NCBI GenBank assembly: GCA_024404095.1
Contig: JAKSQO010000001.1
Span: forward strand, 7,037-71,036
DNA: 64,000 nucleotides
DNA from: Clostridia bacterium
Lineage (GTDB): Bacteria > Bacillota > Clostridia > Oscillospirales > Acutalibacteraceae
Direction of reading: 5' to 3'
Part shown: piece after piece, positions 54,315 through 62,760 of the stretch
How positions within the stretch are numbered: the first letter of the stretch is position 1
Layout of the letters: each line of letters starts with the position of its first letter
The notes under the pieces: model-generated
Told to the model about the DNA's origin: nothing
Seen by the model: the letters and a program-made list of their open reading frames with translations, nothing else
The model's database searches: none
Translations under genes and position numbers: made by a program

Positions 54315-55012
54315 TGGGTAAGGACGTAATCATTGCCTGTGATTTTGCAAGCGCTGAGGATACATTCAGATTTCTTGACAAGTTCACAGGTAAAAAGCCT
54401 TTTGTCAAAATAGGTATGGAGCTTTTTTATGCCGAAGGTCCGCAGATTGTTCGTGAAATAAAAAAGAGAGGTCACAAAATTTTCCTTGACCTCAAGCTTC
54501 ACGATATACCCAATACGGTTAAAAAGAGCATGGCTGTTCTTTCAAACCTCGATGTTGACATCTGCAACCTCCACGCAAGCGGAACCTGCCGTATGATGGA
54601 AGCCGCTCTTGAAGGTCTTACACGTCCCGACGGAACAAGACCTCTGCTTATCGCTGTTACTCAGCTTACCTCAACCGATCAGGAAAGCATGGAAAATGAC
54701 CTGCTTATAAAAGAGCCTATTGATAAGGTTGTTATGCACTACGCACACAACGCAAAGAAGGCAGGACTTGACGGCGTAGTCTGCTCACCTCTTGAAGCAG
54801 GTAAGGTTCACGAAATCTGCGGTTCTGATTTTCTTACCGTAACACCCGGCGTGCGCTTTGCAGACGGCGATATCGGCGATCAGAAGAGAGTTATGACCCC
54901 TGCCGAAGCTAAAAAAATCGGCTCTGACTACATTGTAGTCGGCCGTCCGATTACAGCCGCCGATGACCCCGTTGCGGCATATGAAAGATGTATAAACGAA
55001 TTTGTTGACTAA
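54314..55012 (+). CDS. pyrF: Orotidine-5'-phosphate decarboxylase
   Basis: 232 aa with motifs DLKLHDIPNT and VVGRPI. Confidence 0.95.
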   Translation: MGKDVIIACDFASAEDTFRFLDKFTGKKPFVKIGMELFYAEGPQIVREIKKRGHKIFLDLKLHDIPNTVKKSMAVLSNLDVDICNLHASGTCRMMEAALEGLTRPDGTRPLLIAVTQLTSTDQESMENDLLIKEPIDKVVMHYAHNAKKAGLDGVVCSPLEAGKVHEICGSDFLTVTPGVRFADGDIGDQKRVMTPAEAKKIGSDYIVVGRPITAADDPVAAYERCINEFVD

Positions 55013-55032
55013 TTATAAAGGAGATAACCGAG

Positions 55033-55671
55033 ATGCAGGAACTTATCGCAAAAGATTTACTTTCAATTAAAGCAGTTTTCTTCCGTCCCGAAGAACCGTT
55101 CACATGGGCAAGCGGAATCAAAAGCCCTGTTTACTGCGACAACCGCCTTACACTCACAGCTCCCGAGGTTCGTACAGACGTTGAAAACGGACTTGCACAG
55201 CTTATCAAGATGAATTATCCCGAAGCTGAGGTTCTTATGGGAACTTCAACCGCAGGTATCGCTCACGCAGCAATCACAGCTCATCTTATGGGACTTCCCA
55301 TGGGTTATGTTCGCTCAGGTGCAAAGGATCACGGCAGACAGAACCAGATCGAGGGTAAGCTTGAAAAGGGTCAGAAGGTTGTTGTTGTTGAGGATCTTAT
55401 CTCGACAGGCGGAAGCGTTATCGAGGTTGTTAACGTACTTCGTGAAGCAGGTGCGGAGGTTCTCGGTATTGTCAGCATTTTCACTTACGGAATGGCAAAG
55501 GGTCTTAAGAGACTCAGCGAAGCTGATGTTAAGAACGTATCTCTTACTAACTTTGACGTTATCGCTGATGTAGCCGCAAAGGAAGGCTATATCAAGCCTG
55601 AGGATGTTAAAAAGCTTATAGCGTTCCGTGATAACCCGTCTGACGAAAGCTGGATTTCCAAGGGGGAATAA
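55033..55671 (+). CDS. pyrE: Orotate phosphoribosyltransferase
   Basis: 212 aa with PRPP motif [13 protein letters not shown]. Confidence 0.95.
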   Translation: MQELIAKDLLSIKAVFFRPEEPFTWASGIKSPVYCDNRLTLTAPEVRTDVENGLAQLIKMNYPEAEVLMGTSTAGIAHAAITAHLMGLPMGYVRSGAKDHGRQNQIEGKLEKGQKVVVVEDLISTGGSVIEVVNVLREAGAEVLGIVSIFTYGMAKGLKRLSEADVKNVSLTNFDVIADVAAKEGYIKPEDVKKLIAFRDNPSDESWISKGE

Positions 55672-55673
55672 AA

Positions 55674-56594
55674 ATGAGAAGTCTTATTGACATCGTTGAC
55701 TTTTCTGTTGAAGAGCTTGACGCTCTTATCGCAACAGCCTGCGATATTATAGACAATCCTGCCAAATATTCCGAAAAGTGCAAGGGCAAAAAGCTTGCAA
55801 CACTTTTCTTTGAGCCGTCCACACGTACACGTCTGAGCTTTGAGGCGGCTATGTATGAGCTCGGCGGTAATGTTATCGGCTTCTCCGAGGCAAAAAGCTC
55901 TTCAGCCGCAAAGGGCGAAAGCGTAGCCGATACAGCAAAGGTTATCAGCTGTTACGCAGATATCATTGCCATGCGTCACCCCAAGGAGGGTGCTGCTTAT
56001 GTTGCCGCTAAAAATGCAACCATCCCTGTTATCAACGCCGGTGACGGCGGTCATTGTCACCCGACACAGACACTTGCCGACCTGCTTACAATTTACCGTG
56101 AGAAAGGCAGATTCGATAATCTGACAGTCGGATTCTGCGGAGACCTCAAATTCGGCAGAACAGTTCATTCACTCATTAACGCTCTTTCTCGTTACACAGG
56201 AATTAAAATTGTTCTCATCTCCCCTCTTGAGCTTAAACTTCCGAGTTATGTAAAAAAAGATGTTCTTGAAAAGAACAACATTACTTATGTTCAGACAACT
56301 GACCTTGAAGAAGTAATGCCTGAGCTTGATGTTCTTTATATGACACGTGTTCAGCGTGAGCGTTTCTTTAACGAGGAGGATTATCTCCGACTTAAAGACA
56401 GTTACATCCTTGAGCCGAGCAAGCTTAAAAACGCAAAATCAGATCTTTGCATAATGCATCCCCTGCCGAGAGTAAATGAAATCAGCGTTGCCATTGATGA
56501 TGATCCGCGTGCGTGCTATTTTAAGCAGGTGCTTAACGGAAAATATATGCGAATGGCTCTCATCCTTAAACTTCTTGAGGAGGCAGCAAAATGA
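55674..56594 (+). CDS. pyrB: Aspartate carbamoyltransferase catalytic subunit
   Basis: 306 aa with motifs [13 protein letters not shown] and HPLPR. Confidence 0.95.
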   Translation: MRSLIDIVDFSVEELDALIATACDIIDNPAKYSEKCKGKKLATLFFEPSTRTRLSFEAAMYELGGNVIGFSEAKSSSAAKGESVADTAKVISCYADIIAMRHPKEGAAYVAAKNATIPVINAGDGGHCHPTQTLADLLTIYREKGRFDNLTVGFCGDLKFGRTVHSLINALSRYTGIKIVLISPLELKLPSYVKKDVLEKNNITYVQTTDLEEVMPELDVLYMTRVQRERFFNEEDYLRLKDSYILEPSKLKNAKSDLCIMHPLPRVNEISVAIDDDPRACYFKQVLNGKYMRMALILKLLEEAAK

Positions 56595-57007
56595 ATATAG
56601 ATTCAATCACAAACGGTGTTGTTATTGACCACATCACAGCAGGCAAAGGAATGCGACTTTATGAGCTGCTCGGGCTTGATGAGCTTGACTGTTCAATAGC
56701 TATAATCAAAAATGTAACAAGCAACAAGATGGGCAAAAAGGATATTATCAAAATTGATGCCGATATACCTGTTAACCTTGATGTTATCGGTTATGTTGAC
56801 CCCGACGTTACAGTAAATATTATTAAAAACGGAAAGCTCGTTGATAAGCACACAATTGAGATCCCCGAGCTTCTTACAAATGTTATTAAATGCAAAAACC
56901 CGAGATGTATTACATCGTGTGAGCAGGAGCTTGACCATGTATTCAAGCTTACAGATAAACAGAATAAGATTTACCGCTGTCTTTACTGTGAGGCACAGGC
57001 GAAATAA
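56591..57007 (+). CDS. pyrI: Aspartate carbamoyltransferase regulatory subunit
   Basis: 138 aa with a C-terminal zinc domain CKNPRCIT...YRCLYCE. It overlaps the pyrB stop. Confidence 0.9.
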   Translation: MNIDSITNGVVIDHITAGKGMRLYELLGLDELDCSIAIIKNVTSNKMGKKDIIKIDADIPVNLDVIGYVDPDVTVNIIKNGKLVDKHTIEIPELLTNVIKCKNPRCITSCEQELDHVFKLTDKQNKIYRCLYCEAQAK

Positions 57008-57010
57008 ATT

Positions 57011-57040
57011 AAAAGGAACCGAATTTCGGTTCCTTTTGAT
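57011..57040. terminator. Bidirectional rho-independent terminator (end of pyr operon and of the XRE gene)
   Basis: AAAAGGAACCGAA/TTCGGTTCCTTTT perfect hairpin. Confidence 0.85.
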
Positions 57041-57047
57041 TTATCAG

Positions 57048-57293
57048 TTATTCAATTCCAAGAAGCCAGTTTACGCTGACATCAAGCGATTCTGCAATAG
57101 CCTTAAGCTCATAATCGGAAACTCCTCTGAGTTGTCCTTCAAGCTTTGATAATCCTGATGCATTAAGATCGACTCCGCGAATCTGAAGCTGAGCCAAAAG
57201 ATCCTTCTGCTTCATACCGATTGCCTTGCGCTGCTTTTCGACTTTTCCTCCGATGATATTCATATCACCGAGTTCCTGTTTTCTGATTCTCAT
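57048..57293 (-). CDS. Small XRE-family helix-turn-helix protein
   Basis: 81 aa. The HTH is RKAIGMKQKDLLAQLQIRGVDLNASGLSKLE. The start could also be the internal ATG (MNIIGG). Confidence 0.7.
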   Translation of the reverse strand: MRIRKQELGDMNIIGGKVEKQRKAIGMKQKDLLAQLQIRGVDLNASGLSKLEGQLRGVSDYELKAIAESLDVSVNWLLGIE

Positions 57294-57541
57294 TGCTTTA
57301 ATTCTTCCTCCTAAATGTGCTGAAAACGTGATCTCTCACGGACGTAGATTATATCACAAAAGAAAAAATATAACAAGTCCTTTTCATTAAAAAACCTTAT
57401 ATTTTTTGTATATATTACATAATAGAATGTTTGATTTTTAACAAACAATAAACAAATTATATAATTATATTTTTTGATTTTATTGAAACGTCAACATAAG
57501 GATGATATAATATAAAAAAATATAAAAAAGGAAAGAAAACT

Positions 57542-58267
57542 ATGAAAATTTACCCGAGAGATATTATTCTTTTTTCAGGAGATTCAATAACGCATGGCGG
57601 TCGAGGCGAATGTATGGATTGCAACCATATTATGGGTCACGGCTATCAGTTTATTGTTGCCGCTGAGCTTGCGTTGAAAAATTCTGCAAAAGCACCAAAA
57701 TTCATCAACAAAGGTTACTCAGGCTACACTATGACACAGCTCCTCGACAAATGGCAGGAGGATGTTATACCCTACAAGCCGAGAATATTAAGTATACTTG
57801 CAGGCGTGAACGATTGTCATGACGGATATAATCGAGGAATGTCGATTACAGAGATTACAGAGAAATATAAAAACAGTCTTATAGAAGCAATCAGACTTAC
57901 CAAAGAAGCCAATCCTGAGGTTAAGATTATAATTTGTGAGCCGTTCTACTTCCCTCTTGACCGCACAAATCTCGATTACAGTAAAACACCTCACCCCTAT
58001 TGCGAGCGTGAGTTTCTTCGTCCCGACAGGTTCGATACCGACGAAATGTGTGCGTTCCGACTTGAAGCAATAAAGTCAATTCAAAATGTTGCGAAAAACG
58101 TAGCTGATGAAATGGCGGATATATTTGTTCCGCTTGCGGAACGCTTTGAGCAGGAAATGGCAAAAGCGAAACCGGAGTATTTCATCTGGGACGGCACGCA
58201 CCCGACTATCGCAGGTCATGCACTCATAGCTGAAGAGTGGCTCAAAGCCTTTGAAAAAATTTCATAA
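57542..58267 (+). CDS. SGNH/GDSL hydrolase (cytoplasmic type)
   Basis: 241 aa. Block I is LFSGDSITHG, block III is GVND, and block V is WDGTHP. Confidence 0.8.
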   Translation: MKIYPRDIILFSGDSITHGGRGECMDCNHIMGHGYQFIVAAELALKNSAKAPKFINKGYSGYTMTQLLDKWQEDVIPYKPRILSILAGVNDCHDGYNRGMSITEITEKYKNSLIEAIRLTKEANPEVKIIICEPFYFPLDRTNLDYSKTPHPYCEREFLRPDRFDTDEMCAFRLEAIKSIQNVAKNVADEMADIFVPLAERFEQEMAKAKPEYFIWDGTHPTIAGHALIAEEWLKAFEKIS

Positions 58268-58280
58268 TAATATTAAGTCC

Positions 58281-58357
58281 TGTCATTCTGAACAAAGTGA
58301 TGAATCTCTTCTTCAAGTTGCATTAGATTCTTTTGTCACAAGCTTCTCAGAATGACA
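58281..58357. repeat. Member of the dispersed inverted-repeat family, copy C
   Basis: Left arm is TGTCATTCTGAACAAAGTGATGAATCT. The reverse complement of the right arm is TGTCATTCTGAGAAGCTTGTGACAAAAGAATCT, which is near-identical to the left arm of copy A. Confidence 0.7.
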
Positions 58358-58526
58358 TTGATTTTATCAGATACTATTTCAGCTGCAAAATGGTACAGAG
58401 CGTAAAATAATTTTATTATATTCTTAGATAATAGGACACTTTTTCTCTTTGTCTGAAATGAAGCTTTAGCATCATAATAATCAAACAGAACACTTAAATT
58501 GTAACAAAAATATTATAAATAATTTT

Positions 58527-58554
58527 TTGCAAAATTAAAATAATATGATATAAT
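58527..58554 (+). promoter_or_regulatory. Sigma-A promoter of the large surface-protein gene
   Basis: TTGCAA (58527-58532), 16-nt spacer, extended -10 TGaTATAAT (58546-58554). Confidence 0.6.
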
Positions 58555-58630
58555 TTTAACAAGTGTTTTTTACTTATATCATTATAAAAATAAGCTCTAA
58601 AAACAAATATATCAAAGAAAGGAAAATAAT

Positions 58631-61600
58631 ATGAAAAAAACAAAAAGAATCATCAGTATTATTCTTGCGGTTATGATGATACTGGGCGCAGTGCCCTTTG
58701 CGGGTATGACAGCGTTTGCGGCTGAAACCTATGTTGACCGCACATGGGACGGCACAAAGGTTGTTAAAACCGTTAAGGAAATTCCTGCGAATGCAAAACA
58801 AATCACATCAGAAACAACATACCTTTACGGAAATTGGTATTATGTTGACGGTAATGTAACTTCTGACAGCAGAATAACCGTCAACGGAACCAGTACAAGT
58901 CCGACACACATTATTCTGAAAGACGGATGTTATCTCAATGCTGCGAGGGGTATCAATGTTGCAAAGGGTAATATGCTGTATATTTACGCTCAGTCAGATG
59001 AAACAGGACGATTATTTGCATCAGGAGCGACAGATGGCGCAGGAATCGGCAGCATGAACAAAAAAACTGACTGTGGCGAAATCACAATTAATGGTGGCCA
59101 AATAACTGTTCATGCCGGCTCTCTCGCTGCAGGTATCGGTAGCGGCTCAGAAAAAAACAGCGGTACTGTAACAATTAACGGCGGTACTGTAACGGTCAGA
59201 GGCAACAACTTGGGTGCAGCTATTGGCGGCGGTAAAGGCGGCGATGGCGGTACTGTAACAATCAACGGAGGTACTGTCACAGCCACAGGCGGTACAAATG
59301 GTAGCGGTGTCGGTATCGGCGGTGGAACAGGGTGTAGTAGTCACGGTACACTTACAGTTAACGGCAAAGTTTCGATTAAAGCAGGCTCAAGAGAAGCTGA
59401 GGCACAGGAAACCACTGTTGAAGCATACACAACATCAAGAGATGCTTATGTAAGCATTGTACCCATACCCCACGTACATGAGTTTGCAGAAACATGGTCA
59501 ACAAATGAAACAGCTCACTGGTATGCCTGCACAGCAGACGACTGCGACATCACAGATTACGCATCCTGCGGAATCGAGGACGCAGCTTATGCCGCACATA
59601 CATGGGCAGACGGCAAATGCTCCGTTTGCGGATATGAATGCGGTCATGATTATGTAAACAAGGCTTGCAAATATTGCGGTGAGGAAGAGCCTGAGTTCAT
59701 CATTGATAAAAACGGTGTGCTTATTGGCTACACAGGCAACGGCGGAGACGTTGTTATCCCTGACGGCGTAACAGGCATTGGTAAGAGCGTATTTGAGGGC
59801 TGCGAAAATCTTACAAGTGTAAAAATCCCCGATAGTGTAATAATCATTGGTTCTTTGGCTTTTGAAGATTGCTCTAATCTTACAAGTGTAACACTTCCGA
59901 ACGGTTTGAAAGCCATAGAAAATGAAACTTTCATGAATTGTATAAATCTGAAAAATGTTACAATTCCTGACAGCGTAGAAAGTATCGGAGATTCAGCTTT
60001 CGGAAATTGTACGGGACTTAAAAACGTAATAATTCCGAATAGTGTGGAAAAGATTGGTGTCTGTGCATTCAGTCACTGCACAGGCCTTGAGAGTATAACA
60101 ATCTCAGACAATGTAACAGATATGGGAGCCCGCGCGTTTGATGAATGTAATAAGCTCACAGATGTATTTGTTTCTTGCGACAGTGATATTAAAGCAGTGC
60201 GTGGAATTATGCAGTCTTACGGAGACTATAATTACACTCAGTTTGAACATAACTTTGTTGACGGTGTATGCACATCTTGCGGTGTGGAAGAGTTTGTGAT
60301 TGAAAACGGTGTTCTTGTAGAATACAACGGCAACGGCGGAGATGTTGTTATCCCTGACGGCGTAACAAGCATTGGTAAGAGCGTATTTGAGGGCTGCGAA
60401 AATCTTACAAGTGTAAAAATCCCCGATAGTGTAATAATCATTGGTTCTTTGGCTTTTGAAGATTGCTCTAATCTTACAAGTGTAACACTTCCGAACGGTT
60501 TGAAAGCCATAGAAAATGAAACTTTCATGAATTGTATAAATCTGAAAAATGTTACAATTCCTGACAGCGTAGAAAGTATCGGAGATTCAGCTTTCGGAAA
60601 TTGTACGGGACTTAAAAACGTAATAATTCCGAATAGTGTGGAAAAGATTGGTGTCTGTGCATTCAGTCACTGCACAGGCCTTGAGAGTATAACAATCTCA
60701 GACAATGTAACAGATATGGGAGCCCGCGCGTTTGATGAATGTAATAAGCTCACAGATGTATTTGTTTCTTGCGACAGTGATATTAAAGCAGTGCGTGGAA
60801 TTATGGAGGTTTACGGAAACTATCATTACACTAAGCTTAACCATGATTTTAAAGACAATGAATGTCAGGTTTGCGGTGCTCCGGAATTCGATATTAAAAA
60901 TGGTGTTCTTTATGCGTATAACGGCAACGGCGGAGATGTGGTTATCCCCGACGGTGTAACAGAAATCAGATCAGCTTTTCAAGATACTTCAATTACTTCT
61001 GTTACTATTCCCAACAGCGTAACAAAAATTGGAGCTAAAGCGTTTGAGAATTGTATGTCGCTTACTTCTGTTGTTATTCCATGCAGTGTAAAAAGAATTG
61101 GCGATTCTGCATTTAGTAACTGTACAAACCTTGCAAGTATAACAATTTCAGGTAATGTTGTTACTGATGTAGATGTATTTGATAACTGCGAAAGCCTCAC
61201 AAATATTTATTGCTTCTGCGATAGTGATGTCGAGTCAGTAAAAGAATTTATGGATGTTTACAACACATCTGATAATTTTATATACACTCAGCTTGACCAT
61301 AACTTTGTTGACGGCGTATGCACAGTCTGCGGTGAGAAAGATGCGGCAACCAAGCTTGCAGAAGCAAAGACAGCTGCAATTGCAGCGATTGATGCCGCAA
61401 CGACAGAATATAACGCAGAGTATGCCGAAGCTGCAAAATACATGATAAACACTTGTGAAACAGTTGAAACAGTTAACCATCAGAAAGAATTATTGCTTGA
61501 GGAAATGGCATACATTGATGCCATTGAGAGAGCAAAAGCTGAAATTGATAAATTTGTTAAAGAGAATGTTCCATCTGCAACACAGGAACTTAATCAGTTT

Positions 61601-62512
61601 AAGACTGCTGTTAATAACATCAAGAAAGAAATTATCACAGCCGATAACAAAAAGGAAGCTGACGAAGCTCTTGCAAACGGACTCAAGGCTCTTAACGAGT
61701 TTGTTCCCGAAATACACAGTGTAACCGCAACAAACGGTGCAACAGTTACAAAGTCACTTAATCTTGATAAGTCAACAAAATATGAAATCGCAACAGTTAA
61801 GATTGCAGAGGATAACGGTATTAAGGACGGCAAATGGTTTGTTTACTGGGTAGATCAGACGGGTAAAATCGTAAGCACATATTCAACATACAGCTTCTTT
61901 GCTGTTGAGGACAGAACTCTTACCCCTGTTTATGTATCACCAGATGAATATGAAACAGAAAGAGCAAAGGCAATTCTTGTAACTGACATAGTAAGAGCTG
62001 ATAACAACGGTGACGGTACTGCTACTCTCTATGCAGAGCATTCAGCAAGTAAGGCTGCTGTCGGCGGTGCAATTACTCAGCACGGCATTGTTTATACAAC
62101 AGACGCTTCGCAGATTGACAATCTTACATTCAACGGCGCAAACGAGAATGTTAAGGTATCAGCTGCAACAAAAACGATGAACTCACTTTCGGGTCTTCAG
62201 AGAACAACTGTTAAAGTTGATGAAAACGCTGAAAAGGTTTACGCAAAATCCTATATAGTTGATGCAGACGGTAATGTTGTTTACGGCAAGCTTCAGACCA
62301 TTGATGTAACACTCAGCACAGAAAGCATTGATTCTGAGATTCTCGTTTGCAGCTCATTTGATTCTATGCTTGTTCAGGCTGATGAAATTATCCCGACAGC
62401 CGATGACGTTCCTGCTCAGGAAGAGACAGAAACACCAACGATTGTTTCAATCATTACAAGCATCATCAATGCAATAATGTCTCTCATTCAGGCAATTATC
62501 GCATTATTCTGA
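58631..62512 (+). CDS. Large secreted/cell-surface protein: Gly-rich beta-helix repeats + three BspA-type leucine-rich-repeat modules + helical region + Ig-like region + C-terminal hydrophobic helix
   Basis: 1293 aa with signal peptide ...AGMTAFA/AETY. GGTVTINGGTVT-type repeats are present. The LRR consensus is IPDSVxxIGxxAFxxCxxLxSV. H-x7-C-x2-CG motifs recur. The tail is TPTIVSIITSIINAIMSLIQAIIALF. Confidence 0.85.
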   Translation: MKKTKRIISIILAVMMILGAVPFAGMTAFAAETYVDRTWDGTKVVKTVKEIPANAKQITSETTYLYGNWYYVDGNVTSDSRITVNGTSTSPTHIILKDGCYLNAARGINVAKGNMLYIYAQSDETGRLFASGATDGAGIGSMNKKTDCGEITINGGQITVHAGSLAAGIGSGSEKNSGTVTINGGTVTVRGNNLGAAIGGGKGGDGGTVTINGGTVTATGGTNGSGVGIGGGTGCSSHGTLTVNGKVSIKAGSREAEAQETTVEAYTTSRDAYVSIVPIPHVHEFAETWSTNETAHWYACTADDCDITDYASCGIEDAAYAAHTWADGKCSVCGYECGHDYVNKACKYCGEEEPEFIIDKNGVLIGYTGNGGDVVIPDGVTGIGKSVFEGCENLTSVKIPDSVIIIGSLAFEDCSNLTSVTLPNGLKAIENETFMNCINLKNVTIPDSVESIGDSAFGNCTGLKNVIIPNSVEKIGVCAFSHCTGLESITISDNVTDMGARAFDECNKLTDVFVSCDSDIKAVRGIMQSYGDYNYTQFEHNFVDGVCTSCGVEEFVIENGVLVEYNGNGGDVVIPDGVTSIGKSVFEGCENLTSVKIPDSVIIIGSLAFEDCSNLTSVTLPNGLKAIENETFMNCINLKNVTIPDSVESIGDSAFGNCTGLKNVIIPNSVEKIGVCAFSHCTGLESITISDNVTDMGARAFDECNKLTDVFVSCDSDIKAVRGIMEVYGNYHYTKLNHDFKDNECQVCGAPEFDIKNGVLYAYNGNGGDVVIPDGVTEIRSAFQDTSITSVTIPNSVTKIGAKAFENCMSLTSVVIPCSVKRIGDSAFSNCTNLASITISGNVVTDVDVFDNCESLTNIYCFCDSDVESVKEFMDVYNTSDNFIYTQLDHNFVDGVCTVCGEKDAATKLAEAKTAAIAAIDAATTEYNAEYAEAAKYMINTCETVETVNHQKELLLEEMAYIDAIERAKAEIDKFVKENVPSATQELNQFKTAVNNIKKEIITADNKKEADEALANGLKALNEFVPEIHSVTATNGATVTKSLNLDKSTKYEIATVKIAEDNGIKDGKWFVYWVDQTGKIVSTYSTYSFFAVEDRTLTPVYVSPDEYETERAKAILVTDIVRADNNGDGTATLYAEHSASKAAVGGAITQHGIVYTTDASQIDNLTFNGANENVKVSAATKTMNSLSGLQRTTVKVDENAEKVYAKSYIVDADGNVVYGKLQTIDVTLSTESIDSEILVCSSFDSMLVQADEIIPTADDVPAQEETETPTIVSIITSIINAIMSLIQAIIALF
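59735..60805 (+). repeat. In-frame tandem duplication inside the surface-protein gene
   Basis: Blocks 59735-60211 and 60329-60805 are 477 bp each, with a period of 594 bp (198 codons). By direct comparison they are identical except at 59749/60343 (c/t) and 59774/60368 (g/a). Confidence 0.9.
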
Positions 62513-62528
62513 TAGGAGGTAAATTAAA

Positions 62529-62699
62529 ATGGAATACAAAAAGCCCGAGCTTAAAATTGAGAAATTTACTTTCGAGAATATCATGGGAGATTTTCTGAGT
62601 GCGTCAGATCCGACTACAAAGGGACCTGTAATTGAGGAAAACGATCCGTTTATCGAAACAATGAACGCGTTTGGTGAGGTTTTCAATTTTAGTAAATAA
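62529..62699 (+). CDS. Small acidic hypothetical protein (56 aa)
   Basis: This ORF is not in the track. It reads MEYKKPELKIEKFTFENIMGDFLSASDPTTKGPVIEENDPFIETMNAFGEVFNFSK. A consensus AGGAGG (62514-62519) lies 9 nt upstream. The ORF begins 17 nt after the large gene's stop, and a terminator follows immediately. Confidence 0.5.
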   Translation: MEYKKPELKIEKFTFENIMGDFLSASDPTTKGPVIEENDPFIETMNAFGEVFNFSK

Positions 62700-62702
62700 C
62701 AA

Positions 62703-62741
62703 AAAATCTCCGCTGTACTTTAAGTATAGCGGAGATTTTTT
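62703..62741. terminator. Bidirectional rho-independent terminator
   Basis: AAAATCTCCGCT/AGCGGAGATTTT hairpin lies between convergent genes. Confidence 0.85.
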
Positions 62742-62760
62742 ATATAAAAGTGCTTAATCC

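Noticed and set aside
59728-60528. Two minus-strand ORFs (59728-59934 and 60238-60528) with identical peptide sequences.
   Set aside because: They are antisense shadows of the duplicated LRR block and not a repeated gene. Their identity simply reflects the 477-bp duplication.
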